A stretch of 63,261 nucleotides of DNA, filler included, from Collodictyon triciliatum (taxonomy: Eukaryota), in the NCBI GenBank assembly GCA_043381765.1. It is 5 parts of 5 records of this genome, joined end to end, with 100 filler letters (N's around TTAATTAATTAA, not from the genome) between each part and the next. Parts side by side here need not be neighbours in the genome. Positions count along the whole stretch, not along the records: positions 1 to 21,855 come from JBHJMP010000191.1; 4 more parts are not named here. The stretch is one strand, 5' to 3'. The first letter of the stretch is position 1. Each line of letters starts with the position of its first letter. The translations under genes were made by a program, and so were the position numbers. This document shows positions 1 through 13,121 of the stretch, piece after piece. The notes below the pieces were generated by a model. It saw only the letters and a program-made list of their open reading frames with translations. It ran no database searches and was not told where the DNA came from.

Positions 1-77
<77 letters not shown>

Positions 78-163
78 AAAAAAAAAACAAAAAAAAACAC
101 TAAAAAGAATGAATGATGACCTCTTCCCTATCTTTATCTTTATGTTTTTGTTTTTCATAACAG

Positions 164-2086
164 AGGAGACGAAGTTCGGGGGAGTCTTGAAAGATGTTTG
201 AGTTACCGCAAAATTGTTAAAGACATTCAGAAACAGGATGAGGAAATAGCGACATTGAGAGGTATTCTTTTGAGCATAAAAACCAAATAATTAAACCACG
301 AATGTACGAATATTCTATTTTAATTACATATTCCCCCCATCGTTTAAATCATTCCTTGAAGACTAATTGTTTTTTTTTTTTTAAAAAAAAAAACTACCTT
401 TATGAATGGTAATGACATGATTTAACACCATCATCGCGTCTGAAGAGCTAATGAGTTCGAGACGAAGTTTATCAATTCTTCAAAGCGAGTTGGAAAACCT
501 CAAAAAACAACGACAAGAGCTCGTCGAGCAGGTAATAACTGAGCCAACAAATCAACCAAACAAGACAAACAGAAGCACGCTATTTACTTTCCCAGCCTCT
601 TATAACGCCCTCTTCTGACTTTGACATGTGCTTTATTCCACGTGAAAGAGAGCGCGATTCCAGGGAGAAGAGCAGGCCAGGACGGAGCAGCTTTCGCGGC
701 TCCAACGCGAATTCGCGCAGGATAAATTCCAAAAGTCTTCTGAAAACCTGCAAAGAGCGCTTGTCCAATGCAAGGTATTGTCCCAAGTATTCATGTCTGG
801 TGCATGTGGTTGTTGTCATTACCGATGAAGACGGCAGCTTTTACAATTTGATAGGAACCTAACCAGTCATACCAATCAAAAGCTTCTTTCTTGTTCTTGT
901 TCTTTTTTCTTTTTTCCTTTTTTTTTTTTTTTGATTTAGGTTATGGAGCTCGCAAATGATGATATGGGCGCATACCACGGCGCGCTTGAAAAGTAATCAA
1001 AGCGCAAATCGCATTCTTCACGCCTGTTTATAATGGTCGCTATTGATTGCAGACAACTTTTCCCAATGCATCGCACACACATAATATCTCTCATCTTGTT
1101 TTTTATTTTCTTTTTCTTTTTCTTTTTCTTTTTCTTTTTCTTTTTCTTTTTCTTTTTCTTTTTCTTTTTCTTTTTCTTTTTCTTTTTCTTTTTCTTTTTC
1201 AAAAGAGCCCTTCTCAAGTACCACTCCCAAAAAATGGATGAGATCAACAAGTCCATCAAGGAGCTTTGGCAGAAGACATACCGCGGAAACGACATCGACA
1301 CCATTGAAATCCGGGCAGAGGCCGAAGAGAAAAATCGGTCGTCGTACAGCTACAGGGTATCGGAAAATCAAAACCAAAAAACAAAAAACAAAAATCGATA
1401 AAATCAAAAAAATCAAAAAAATCAAAAAAAAAACTAAAGAAAACTAAAAATAATCAAAATTCGCAGGTTGTGATGATCAAGGACGAGGTGGCCATCGACA
1501 TGCGCGGCCGCTGCAGCGCCGGACAGAAGGTTCTCGCGTGCCTGATTATCCGCCTGGCCCTGGCCGACAGCTTCTGCACAAACTGCGCGCTTCTCGCCCT
1601 CGACGAGCCCACCACAAACCTTGATTCCCGCAACATCCGCTCCTTTGCGAGTTCCCTCAGCGAGTAACTGCTCTTCACAAACCACATCATCATCACATCA
1701 TCACATCATCACCATCATCACATCATCACATCATCACATCATCACATCATCACATCATCACATCATCACATCATCATCATCATCATCACATCACATCATC
1801 ACATCATCACCATCACTGCAGCTTGATCGCCCAGCGGAGACAGACCTCAAACTTCCAACTCATCATCATCACCCACGACGAGGAGTTTGTCTCTGAGCTG
1901 GGCCGGGGCGGAAACACAGAGCACTACTGGCGAGTGTCCAAGAACGCCGCGTAAGTCGCCCTCCAAGAGCCTCTCTTTTGTGTTGCTGTTGTTGTCCTTT
2001 GCCATCCTGGCGGCGGGAGTTGTGATCACGGTTCCCTTTGCAGGCAACGAAGCGTGATCGAGCGGCAGGACATGAACACGCGCTAG
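164..2086 (+). CDS. RAD50: DNA repair protein RAD50, 3' part (5'-truncated); exons 164-261, 446-531, 649-774, 940-992, 1206-1356, 1467-1663, 1822-1950, 2044-2086
   Basis: The exons splice in frame through GT-AG introns to give [35 protein letters not shown], the Rad50 signature [10 protein letters not shown], Walker B/D-loop [11 protein letters not shown] and H-loop [11 protein letters not shown] stop at 2084-2086. Confidence 0.96.
1105..1200 (+). repeat. (TTTTTC)n intronic microsatellite
   Basis: Visible tandem repeat directly before a RAD50 acceptor. Confidence 0.95.
1684..1816 (+). repeat. (CATCA/CATCACAT)n intronic repeat
   Basis: Fills most of the RAD50 intron 1664-1821. Confidence 0.9.
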
Positions 2087-2395
2087 CAGATCGTCCCTTC
2101 CACAGACGCGAGGCCGATCCGTCTCTTTCTCTCTCTCTCTCTCTTTCTTTTTTATAAAGCTCTTCCTTCTAAGTCGATCGACTCGCGCCGTCTCACAAGA
2201 TGGATCCCTGCCGGATGAATCACGGGGCAAGAAGGCGTGATTGAAGCTAGTTCCTTCGTTGCAACTTTTTTTTTCTGTTTGTTTTATAGCTTTTCCTGAT
2301 TATTAATTTTTATTTTATTTATTTTGTTTATTTATCCTTTGTGATCTGTGAAGGCGATCTCTGCCGATGCGATTCGCTCGGGCCACACGGCCGCT

Positions 2396-2509
2396 TCACT
2401 GGGCAGTCTTGAAGGCTTCGCTGCTGACATAGTGATGCAGGACGATCAGGAGGAAGATGGACGTGCCGATGATGTTGACAAATGTGCCGAGATCCTCGTC
2501 CGTGAACAT
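2396..2509 (-). CDS. OST4: Oligosaccharyltransferase subunit 4 (37 aa, intronless)
   Basis: Translates as MFTDEDLGTFVNIIGTSIFLLIVLHHYVSSEAFKTAQ*. This matches the Ost4 pattern M-x-[TS]-D-x-x-L...N-x-x-G-x-x-x-F-x-L-x-V-x-x-H-[YF]-V and its typical length. It is below the 60-aa cutoff of the ORF track. Confidence 0.9.
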   Translation of the reverse strand: MFTDEDLGTFVNIIGTSIFLLIVLHHYVSSEAFKTAQ

Positions 2510-2969
2510 GCTCTCTGTCTTTGTCTCTGTTTCTCTGTCTTTGTCTTTGTCTGTTTCTCTGTCTTTGTCTGCCGCCGCTTGTCAGATTCAGGCCGCCTGT
2601 GTTGTTGAGTTGTTAGACAGGATATATGATATCTGCAGCAAGGGATCCCTTAGGGTTCTCTTCGACTCCGCCCGGAATGTTCTTGGTTGGCTTCTTTGCC
2701 CGATGTGCAGGACGATGTTTGGAGCAGTTCTGATTCATGTTGACGTGCTGTGTAAAATTAAATTCCGCAATTGGTGGTATGTGGATATCCATTGATTTGC
2801 TCGATTTTATTAGATAAGGTATGGTCACCCGTTCTATGTTTTTCTTTGGCGTGGATTTTTTTTTCTCTTTCTTTTCTCGTCTGTTTGTGTCGATAGTTTT
2901 GTGATTGCGGCATCTTCGGAGTTGTGTGTTATTGTGGTGTTGGAGAAGTAAATTCATAAGAAGGGGGTT

Positions 2970-5900
2970 CTAAATAGATTCATCCTCAACGACGATTGAT
3001 TCGCGGATGCGCGTCAATGGGAAGAGAAAGAACCAAGCAACAATCGAAATCACCCAGCACGTTGATTGGATGGTGAAGATTGCACACCCCAGCTTTTCGG
3101 CATCCTGCATCAAATTTATAATAAAAAATTATTAAAAAGAGATGGTGTATTCATTAGTTCTTCAGGTCAAGCTTCGAAAACATGGGATAAGAACGAAGAG
3201 GGAGTGAAAAGTAAATCAATATTTTGAGATAATTCGGTCGAGATAAAAAGAGAAATTTTTTTCATTCTTATTGTTAAAAAAAAACACAAGAATAAAACAA
3301 AAAAAATAAAAACAAAAAAATTAAAACAAAAAAATTAAAACAAAAAAATTAAAACAAAAAATTAAAACATAAAATAAAAACATAAAATAAAAACACAAAT
3401 AAAACCATAAAATATAAACATAAAATATAAACATAAAATATAAACATAAAATATAAACATAAAATATAAACATAAAATATAAACATAAAATATAAACATA
3501 AAATAGAAACATAAAATAGAAACATAAAATAGAAACATAAAATAGAAACATAAAATAGAAACATAAAATAGAAACATAAAATAGAAACATAAAATAAAAA
3601 CACTAAATATAAAAACAAGAATAAGTCAAAAATAAATATAAACTGCACATTGTCGTTGACAGAGCCGTTCAGGTTATCCTTGTCAGCATCGTAAAGAAAC
3701 TATGTGCATGCAAAATTGAGTGATACGAAGGAGGCAGGACAAGGTAGATATCCCTGTCAACAAATAGGGAAAAAAACCACAAGAAAAACAAGATACATTT
3801 TCTTTCTGTGACTTACTACATGACGTGAAAATATAAAAACAAGCAAAGGCCCCAATGAACTGAAAACCCCCTCGATGAAGTAGCAAATGTTGTATATGCT
3901 TTGTATATCCTGCGTATTTCGCCAAACAAAAGATAAAGCGAGTCAGATGTGGGTATGGCAATAAAGGATAATGTCATAATGATGTTTTTTTTCTTCTGAG
4001 ATGATAGTAAAAAGACGAAAGAATAACAAAATTAAAGCAGTAAAATGTATATTATTTTTAATCAAACTATTTTTTTTTTGGCTTATGTATGAAATTAGTA
4101 AACTTACATGGTCAATATAATTACGCTGGACGAACGAGATGAATGTGCCGTTTACAAAATAATTTGAAAAAGAAAACGTCAATAGAATTAAGAAAGGAAG
4201 AAACCATGAGGCACTATCACGTCGCACCAGAATCAGATTGAAGGAGATTGAAGCAAGAATATAGCCGATTGTTAAGCACTGTGCAACCCCATAAAATGTG
4301 GAGGTCTTTGAAGACCGCTCTGTTATGTGCTCGCCAGACTGTTGACCCATCCATGAGCCACATTGAACTCCGACATGGGCAGCTATGTACGAAAAGACAA
4401 TGACGGCGCAGTTTTTATTCCCGTGATACAGTAGAATGGGATAGAAAACCATCGTTTCATTTACGATTGACTGCGCTGTGATCTAAGTTGAATAAGTGGG
4501 GGGCGGGGGGAAAGAGAGAAAAGAAAGAGAAAATGATGTGATAAAAAACAAAAAAACAAAAGGGGAGATAATTGCTTACATTTACATAGGAAGTCTTACA
4601 AAATGTCGTAAAGTAGATGTTATGGGATATAATCAAGCTTCTAACTCATTCCATAAGTCTATATATGATATGGATTTACACTCACCAACGCAGTCAGCAT
4701 GATGAAGGAGCTCTTGCTGTGTTGCAAGACAGAGTCCTTTGATGAAAAAAAAGACATCGACTCAGAAATCTCCGAGGTCGAATCCATCGAAGAGTGTAAA
4801 CTTTCCGGGCGTGGCGGGTCGTCTCTTCTGACCAGATGAAACACCAACCTTGAGGAAATGTAGTTTGGAGAGACAAACATGGACCGAATATACTGATGCA
4901 AGGGCGTATTGGGAATTCGAGAGAGACGCCAGACTAGGACTCGGATGACTACACCGGCCAAAAAGAACAGAGTAAGCATGATGGCATAGAGCCAAGTGAC
5001 GCGGCCATCTGCCGCCAAATCCACCCACTGATAGTTTCGCAGCGTGTAAGACAGCGAGAGAGCCATCAAACCCGAGGAGACAAGAAACACAATCTTTGCG
5101 ATGCGATTGGACAGGGAAGGGTTCTTTGTCGCCAAATCGGCCAGCAGCGGGCGCGTGTGGACGAGCTGCGCATACGAAAAGAAGGCGGCCGAGAGAAGCA
5201 TCATGACCCGGAGCGTGTACATGTCGCCGCCAACAAGAATGAGGGGCAGGAAAGTGGCGATGGGCCAGAGACACGCCAACGTGAGTGTGGGCCGAAGCGG
5301 CACAACGTTGTAGCCGACGATGCGATACCAGAACGAGAGAAAGAGCCACGGCAGCAGCAAGCGCAGAATGCAGACGGTTGCAAAGAACAGCAGCGGGTCG
5401 CTCAAGTCCCGCGACCAGATCTCCTCATCGCGCGGCGCTGCCTTCTTGCCGGCCGACGCGTCAGGGGCAGAGTCCGAGGGCGACGACTCGAGAAAGAGCA
5501 GCGGCGTGAGAAAAGCCAGGAGCCAATGCAGCCCGCGTTGCACATGCAGCAGAATCAAGAGCGCGTATGTGCGGCCGCGCGTGAGGATGTTGAACTGGTG
5601 GAAGGTCGAGTACATCTCCGGGTTGTAGTATGCGTCTGGCGGCAGAATCAGGCCGCCGTTTCCGAAGGCGTAGGAAGTTGCGTTTGCGTTTGCGTTTGCG
5701 TTTGCATTTGCGTGAGTGTCGAGGCCAAGGCTCATGCTGAGCGAGTGCGCAAAGGACTGCGGCCGCGGGAATGTGCCCGATGCAAAAGACCGGACGCTTG
5801 GAAAGGACTCGTGCGTGTCAGACGTGGCCGTGTTTGACGGGGCGATCAGACCGGCTTCGGAGTCGGACGGCAGCTGCGAGTGCGGCCGTGCGCTTTGTGG

Positions 5901-6134
5901 AGAGACGGAGCGTGTGGCCCGCTCGGACGGAGACGCTGAGGCGGACGGACTTGTTTGCGGCGAGAGCAAATGCGGCGGCGCGTCGGGCGATTTGGACGGC
6001 GGGCGCAGTTCGGGCAGGCTGATGTCTCGTGTGTGGTTGGATTCGCGGCGCTGCGTTGGGTCGAGAAGTGCCGTGCTTTGGGCCGAGAGATCGTTGTGGT
6101 GTGTGCGTGTCTTGAGTGTGGGATGGCTGTCCAT
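2970..6134 (-). CDS. Multi-pass membrane protein, MFS-like, with a long Ser/Pro-rich N-terminal tail
   Basis: Large GC-rich first exon (ORF 4659..6134) with about six hydrophobic segments. Further hydrophobic exons lie at about 4110-4480 and 3790-3950. The last exon reads DAEKLGCAIFTIQSTCWVISIVAWFFLFPLTRIRESIVVEDESI* (TAG 2970-2972). The transporter call rests on topology only. Confidence 0.6.
3290..3600 (+). repeat. Compound A-rich tandem repeat, mainly (AAAATAT/GAAACAT)n
   Basis: Visible tandem array in the last intron of the MFS-like gene. Confidence 0.9.
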
Positions 6135-6184
6135 CGGCTCGGCTCCTTTTTTTTTTTTTTTTATTTTTTATTATTATTATTATT

Positions 6185-6236
<52 letters not shown>

Positions 6237-6448
6237 TGGGTGACAGGTTGATCCGTTTTCTTGCTGATGCATGTGCGAATCGCGGCATCATAAATGACGG
6301 CAATGCGTTTGCATGGGAATTGCGTGGCAGGTTGGCGAAAAAGGGAGTTTGGGGTTGTGAATGAGCGAATGAGCTTTACAGAGATATATGATTTCCTGTC
6401 ATTCTCTTTATGATTCGCTCCTCGATTCGTTTCGGTTGGTGGGTGCGG

Positions 6449-9400
6449 TTAGATGGAGACAGTGAAGGAGTCGCCGCGTCCGCGCATTAGGGTGGCTGTG
6501 TTGTGTGATGTCCAGAGAAGGCGCACGTGGTCGATGATGAATGCGTTTGTGAGGTTTCCTGGGTGTGTGTATGGATGTTTGTGCGTGCAGGTGGATAGAT
6601 CAATACTTTGTGGTTGTGAGCGTTGATGGAAAGTTGGTGTTTATTACTTTCTGTGGGCGGAACATTGTATACACCCATGAGTTTTGGTGTGGGTGCGCTC
6701 AAGATGGAGAAGACTGATTGCTGCAAACTGAGAGACAAATATATAAATGAAATGCATGTTTTGGGTGTAAAGAGACATTATGTATGATGAGTAGGAAATC
6801 ATGACGCTCTGAAAAATTTGATTCAAAAAAAGAAATACTTTATGATGCGGATGGTAGAATCTCCCTGTGGAGGTATTGATTATTAGTATTATAATTATAA
6901 TTTCTTATTTAAAAAACCACATGCATTATTAGTTCTTAACTATTATTTTCATGACGCAAACCATAAAGTAAACATGTTAGTTGTTGTATTCAGTTTGGTG
7001 CACGACCAAGTTGATACCTTTGAAAAGCTGGCCAGGTGTTTCCCATCGTTGGAAAAGCAGACACAGGTGATAGAGTCCACGTGGCCCTATGGACGAGCAC
7101 GCAAGTTGTTAGCAAGGATTTGGAATAAAAACATTGTTTTCAATGGAGCTACTTCGTGATTTCATCAAATACACTCTTTCTTTTGTTACTGCCACTGTCA
7201 CCGCTACTAACTTTGTTTTTTGTTTTTTTTTTAAAGAAAACAAGCCATTCATACTTCGATGGCATATAGCCTATTGGTTGTCTTCAGGTCATATACAAGA
7301 ACAAGTTTCTCCTTCGTCCCGACCGCCAGTCGCTGGGAGGCAGCATGGAAACTCGTGTTTGGGAATCTTGGTTTCATGGTTTGTATAAAAAATATAAAGT
7401 AATGTAAAATGAGATTGTAATCTTCATTCTGCCATGAGTGTATGCAGTTCTATATCCGGATTAAACAAGTTAATTTTTTTGTTACAAAATTCAAACATTT
7501 TGATCATTTGATGGATAAACAGAGTGACTGATTGTAAGCACGAATCACGACAGGGACATTCCGGCCCCATTGGTTGCAGAATCGCTGGTAAAAAAAAAAA
7601 AAAAAAGAGTGTTGCGTTGATGCCGAGAGGTGATAATTATTCAATATTGCTTATCCAAAAATACAATCCCACCGTCAATTAAATGCGGCACGTAGAAAAA
7701 ATATGACGGCGGAAACTAACAAAATCATACATGGAATATTTCAGTAATCTGGCCAACAAAAAATATGTTAATTAGTTGAGTATTATTTCCTTGATAAAAA
7801 ATATTCAAACATAAAAGTAATCTCGTGATACCGCTTTCACAGCCTTTGTCAGTGCATTAATGGCTGCTGGTTGCTCTCGTGATGGTGCCTTATCTCTGGA
7901 TAGAAACCACGACAATGATGCAATCACAGATGCAGGGTCGAAGCTAGAAATGACCTGAAAGGCTGCTTGGATTAAGTGATATATTGTCTTTGATATTAAA
8001 ATACTTTAATAAAAAGATTGAATTATCGATTCTTTTTCCAAGGCTTATATGCGTTTTACTAAATGCGGTTATGCAACCTTGAGAACAGGATGAGGACCAC
8101 TGTGTGATTTGGACGAAAGATAATATGAAGAGCTGTGGGATAGAAATTATGATTATTTTCGCAGATTTAAACCAGTGAAGACGCGACGCACGTGAGCGAT
8201 AAAAAAAGAAGGATTTTGGAACCTGCTTGATGACTGCAGGTATGCTCTTGATATCTACAACAGACGTAGGGATTATTGTACTTACTCAAGAGAAATAAGG
8301 AGAAATAAGGAGAAATAAGGAGAAATAAGGAGAAATAAGGAGAAATTAAAAAGTTAAAAATGATTGAATTGGAATTAACAACATAAAAGAACATGAAAAA
8401 AATCCAGAACAAACGTTTCTTAAACACAAGAAATCCTTTCGCAATTAAATCACCCGCCATGGCTGCTCGATATCCAGACGAGTCTACAAATAAAAATTTG
8501 AGAAGGAAAGAAGGTGTTATTGATTTGAATGTGAAACTTTTCGAACAAAATACATTTAATGAACGATGTAAAATTGTTACGGTGGTACGAATGTTCGTTT
8601 TATAATAAAATAAAAGAATAAAAAAAAAACTTCTCAGAATTTCCTCCAAATGAGCCGCGACATTCGCCACGAGTGCAGATCTAATTTGAAGTATGTGCAA
8701 TTAAGTTACCTCTGATGCAAACCCGATTTTCTGAATCAATCCTTTCTATTTCTAATAGTTAATATTGCTATCAATGACTCCAACAATAATTAGTATTACT
8801 TTGTTTCGGATGATAGTGGGACGTTTACAAATATAGCTGCAACCGAAAAGACTGCGGCTGGCACAGGAACTAGACAATTAAGTTTTCCTTTAGAATTGTC
8901 CAAGTCTTGCAGTCTTTCGTTTTCCAAAGAGTCAGGACATAATATAGAGATAAAAGACAACTTCTGCTTTCCCACAGCAGAATTAGTCGATCCACTTCAT
9001 CTGCCTTCAATGTAGAAAGAATGGCCTTTGTAAGCGTGTGGGCTGTGTACTGGATATCATCTGGATATTAAAAAGAACATGAAAAGAAAAGCTTGTCTTT
9101 GTGGTGCTAATAGAAATTAAAATGAACTTGAAAGGTTGGACAGTGTTTAATGTCTTGTTTCCTTTTTTTCTTTCATCTTATGACATATCATATAATGAAA
9201 GCTATGAACACATTAGTAATATTTTGGCTTTGCTTACCATGAGCATCATGCCATGAGCGCATCAGAACAGGAAGAGATGGGGGTATATATACCGCACTAT
9301 GGCCAGGGAGGGTAGTGCAGTACTCAGTGATTAGCCTGTACAAATGGGGGCGCAGCTCATTCTCTTGTTGGTCAAGCGCACCGATTAAAACATGAATCCA

Positions 9401-12400
9401 CCCAACATAGCATAGCGCATGGACAGCACTCAGGTAGGGAGAATACTACGTGAGAATTGATAGCAACTATCAGTGACACAAAGTATGCTTTCTAGTAGAC
9501 ATTTCTTTTTTTAAATATATATATATTATCCTAGCATTATCCATGTTTAAAACATGTTATGTTAGCCATGGGTTATCGAAGCAACCATTGTGCGAGTCAC
9601 CTGCCACATCTTCAATGGGCAGTCTCTGTGATTTCTTGGTACCACAAGGGTATATGTATCAGAATCCCTGGAACACAAAGAAAGTATTAATAAAAGTCTT
9701 CAAGGTTCTACTATGTTGGGTTCTGTGCAGTATGAATAGTCCACAATTCTTGTTGTTTTATTTGCATGTATAAAAACTACAGAGTGTTTTAGAATGGCAC
9801 ATAATGATACCCTTTGATTCCAAAAGAGGTTAAGTTGCAGACACCAGGATTACTAATGCCCAGAAGTTTGCAGGTCATCTCATCCACAACCGCATCCATT
9901 CCCCACGGATAGAGATGCCCCATCATCCAAAGTTCGGCTATGTCCACCTGCGTAAAGACAAAATAAAATTAAGGAAAGAAAAAGAAAACTGACGAATCAA
10001 CCGCCGAAAGAAATGTTTTTTTTATTTTATTAAATAGCAGGCAGTAATACGGTGTTCTGTTGCAAAGCAGGCCTATCAACGGTATTGAGCATATGTGTAA
10101 AGTGGCTTGGTCGGAGAGCCTGTATTATACAAATTCATTATTGCTAGGTGAAAAGAGTGAGTGTAAATAAAACAAATTAATTTTTTTTATTTTGAATGAC
10201 AAACCTCGCATACTTGCTTCAGATTCAGAGTGGTCAAATGGGCTATGCATTCTAGTGAACGTATTATGATTCAAATATCCGATAAGAATATTCCGTTTCA
10301 AAAAATGATTGTAGATATCAGATTCTGAATGTTTGTATAAAAGTAAAATAACAACTTTGAGATACATAAATGGACGTCGCACTAACAGGACCATCTGAAA
10401 TTCTACAAATTTAATCAATTGATTGTAAGAATACATATTCAAGACTATACATGTGGATTCGTTTGGTGGCTTATATACAATAAATAATTAATTTTTTATT
10501 TATTTATTTTTTGCAAAAATTGACTAAAAACGACATGTTTCACACACATATTTATGCAAGATACTCCGACATGGCTGGGTAAGATTGAAACGTTTCTTGT
10601 TTTCAACAGTCTGTCTCCTTTATTATCACTGGCCCCACAAATTCGTTGCAGAATATTTGTATGGTAAATTTTTTATAAAAAAAAAGTTTGGCTCATACTT
10701 TATCAAAAGACACGAATGCTATATATTTTTTTCGGTTGTATCTGACTGTTTATAATACCTATCATCAGCGGAACAAAAGTAGCTATCGATTGTGGCCGCT
10801 GTTTGCCCTGTGAACTGCCTCAATAATATGCTTCTTTGCAACTGTGCAAGAAAAAAATATATGCGGTATTTACATATTTTTTATGAGCCAATAAATGATG
10901 AACTGCAAATATCATTCGAATGAATAAGAAATTAAAGTGATAAACGTCCTGTAATAGCGCAGTACCTGCCACTGATAAATGCTATTGTCTTCGCAATGAA
11001 CAAAGACATGACCAACATGTGGTCTCCATATTAGTTTGGTGATGTTACAGGAATGTCCAGCCAGTCTGCTCAGCCTGTTTGTTTCGTTAAAGTGAAATAT
11101 TATGTCTACATTTCATCTGTAAACCAGGAGCTTGGATGACATGGTATGATTACGGACAATTTTGTAATCATTTGGCAGAGGAAAAGAGTGCTCTAAAAAA
11201 TGTATGAGTTCTGGTGCTAATTACTGTAAAATGAATTTCTTACATCACACCCGTCTGTAAGCAAAGGATCGATAGAGTACGGTCCTTGTCGACGATGAAG
11301 ACGCAATCGCTCATTGAATCGCTATCATTATTGCCGAATATTTACAAATATACCAATCAAACACCTAGATCTGCGAATATACAACAAAGTAAGGAATTAC
11401 CATGATTCGGACGCAGGACATGCACCAATGCTGGTGATTTCAGTCTCCAAGGTATGATTCGTGGAGAGCAGCTCCTGGGTTCTTTGGTATTATTGTGACA
11501 TGAAATTAGGCAACTTATTTCGGTTGTGGAAAATCAAGTCATTCAACACTCAATTAATGAGCTGCATTAAAATGCTGATAACTGACATGAAATTCCATAT
11601 GCATATAACTCCGTTCTTGTGTCCGCTAATTATCCAACACATTTTAGATGTATTTGATTTTGAGCAGCACACAGCTGAAACAGGCGATTCTGAGCCACAT
11701 TCGAACCTAGATGTATTGAACGCTCGTGGATTCAACTATATGACTTTCTCTGCAAACAATTATGGGACTCCTCCGTACACAGTCTTTCCGTGTTCCAGAT
11801 GCAAAAGTTTTAAGCTTTGAGATTATTGTTCATTTGATTTACCTCATAGGTTCCGTTCTTTTGCGAACATCATGCAACACAAGAGCACCATTTTCTAAAA
11901 GATAATATGGCAAAACATAACTAGAGTATCTTTAGACTAGCTTGTATTCTAGTTTAATATTCCTAACATATCCAAACCAAGCCCATCTAATTTGTACCGG
12001 ACGGCATCAATTTGAACAACAGAAGATGCTATTCAAAGTTGTGATTGGCAAATGTAACTTTTTTTTGTATCTTTATTTGATGAAGAAAAGTGAGAAAGGA
12101 TTCTTAATTAATTGCATCAAAATGGAGATATTGCATTACAATTATTTACCTGTTGTTTTCGACTGGATTTTATCTTCAGGGAATAATAGAGCCTCTATAT
12201 TAAAAATCAAAAGCGTTATAATAAGAAGGGGGAAAATATTGAAAGCCACACAAACCTTGACACGCAACTTTCTTCATTGTAATTTTTCCAGAGAGGCTCG
12301 AGATTGTGAAACCATTCAAGACATTTGCACTCAAAACAAACCACATGATTCCTTCAGAAAATGCCACTCTTTTCTTGATTTGTATATTGAATTTGTGTTG

Positions 12401-13032
12401 ATTTTTTTTTTGTATTCGAGGCATAATCATTATTTCTTCTCTATCTTTCAATCAAAGACGGAATGGTGAGAAATAGTTCAATAAATAAAGAGATTTCAAC
12501 TCTCACAATCTTGTCTGAAGATTTCACATCCGGAAATTCAATCTTTTCCATTTCTTTTGCTGAAAAAAAGCCGATGAATGAGTAGGATTTTTTTTGGAAT
12601 CATGAAATAAAATTGAATGAGCAAATAGTTCACCTGGTGTAGCAACATTCAGGTCAAGGACGAATAAGTCTCTATTCTAAATTTGCAGTTTATTTTTTAT
12701 TTTTTTTTATAGAGTCACTACCTTTTTGAAACAGTCAAGAATCAGAGGTAAGATTATGTTTTCTAAAATACCTGCAGCCATACTAAAACAAATCCGTCAT
12801 CGAGCATACCTCCCTTTCATGTTGGTTGAATTCAGCCCAAGGGATAATTTTTTCGTTCATCCAAAAATAAAGCATCAACGAAATGTTTCAGATAAAACCA
12901 GATGACTAGCATTCTCTTACCTGAATGGGTGATTTTGAAGGGCAAATAGCCTCAAGGAGGAATCTCCCATCTATAGCAGAGTACAGCTACAAGGGAAATC
13001 ACGTTTTTTTTCTCTATCTCTACCTCTATCTC

Positions 13033-13121
<89 letters not shown>

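Noticed and set aside
936-1447. Poly-K, poly-F and EK-repeat ORFs (similar ones at 3321-3648, 25538-25864, 33418-33769, 41804-42420 and 61019-61487)
   Set aside because: These are translations of intronic microsatellites, several running through N gaps.
2613-2957. 114-aa minus-strand ORF taken as the last exon of the MFS-like gene, which would put OST4 only about 100 nt downstream (bicistron)
   Set aside because: The preceding exon already terminates at TAG 2970-2972, so the spacing is about 460 nt and gives no real support for a bicistron.
5101-6303. Several long overlapping ORFs opposite the MFS-like exon 1 (and opposite the Myb at 55562-56470)
   Set aside because: These are shadow ORFs caused by high GC content, with no recognisable motifs.
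6783-6812. ATGATGA...CTGA pair resembling C/D boxes (another at about 54802-54938)
   Set aside because: The first is too short and antisense to the WDR7 intron, and neither has a terminal stem.
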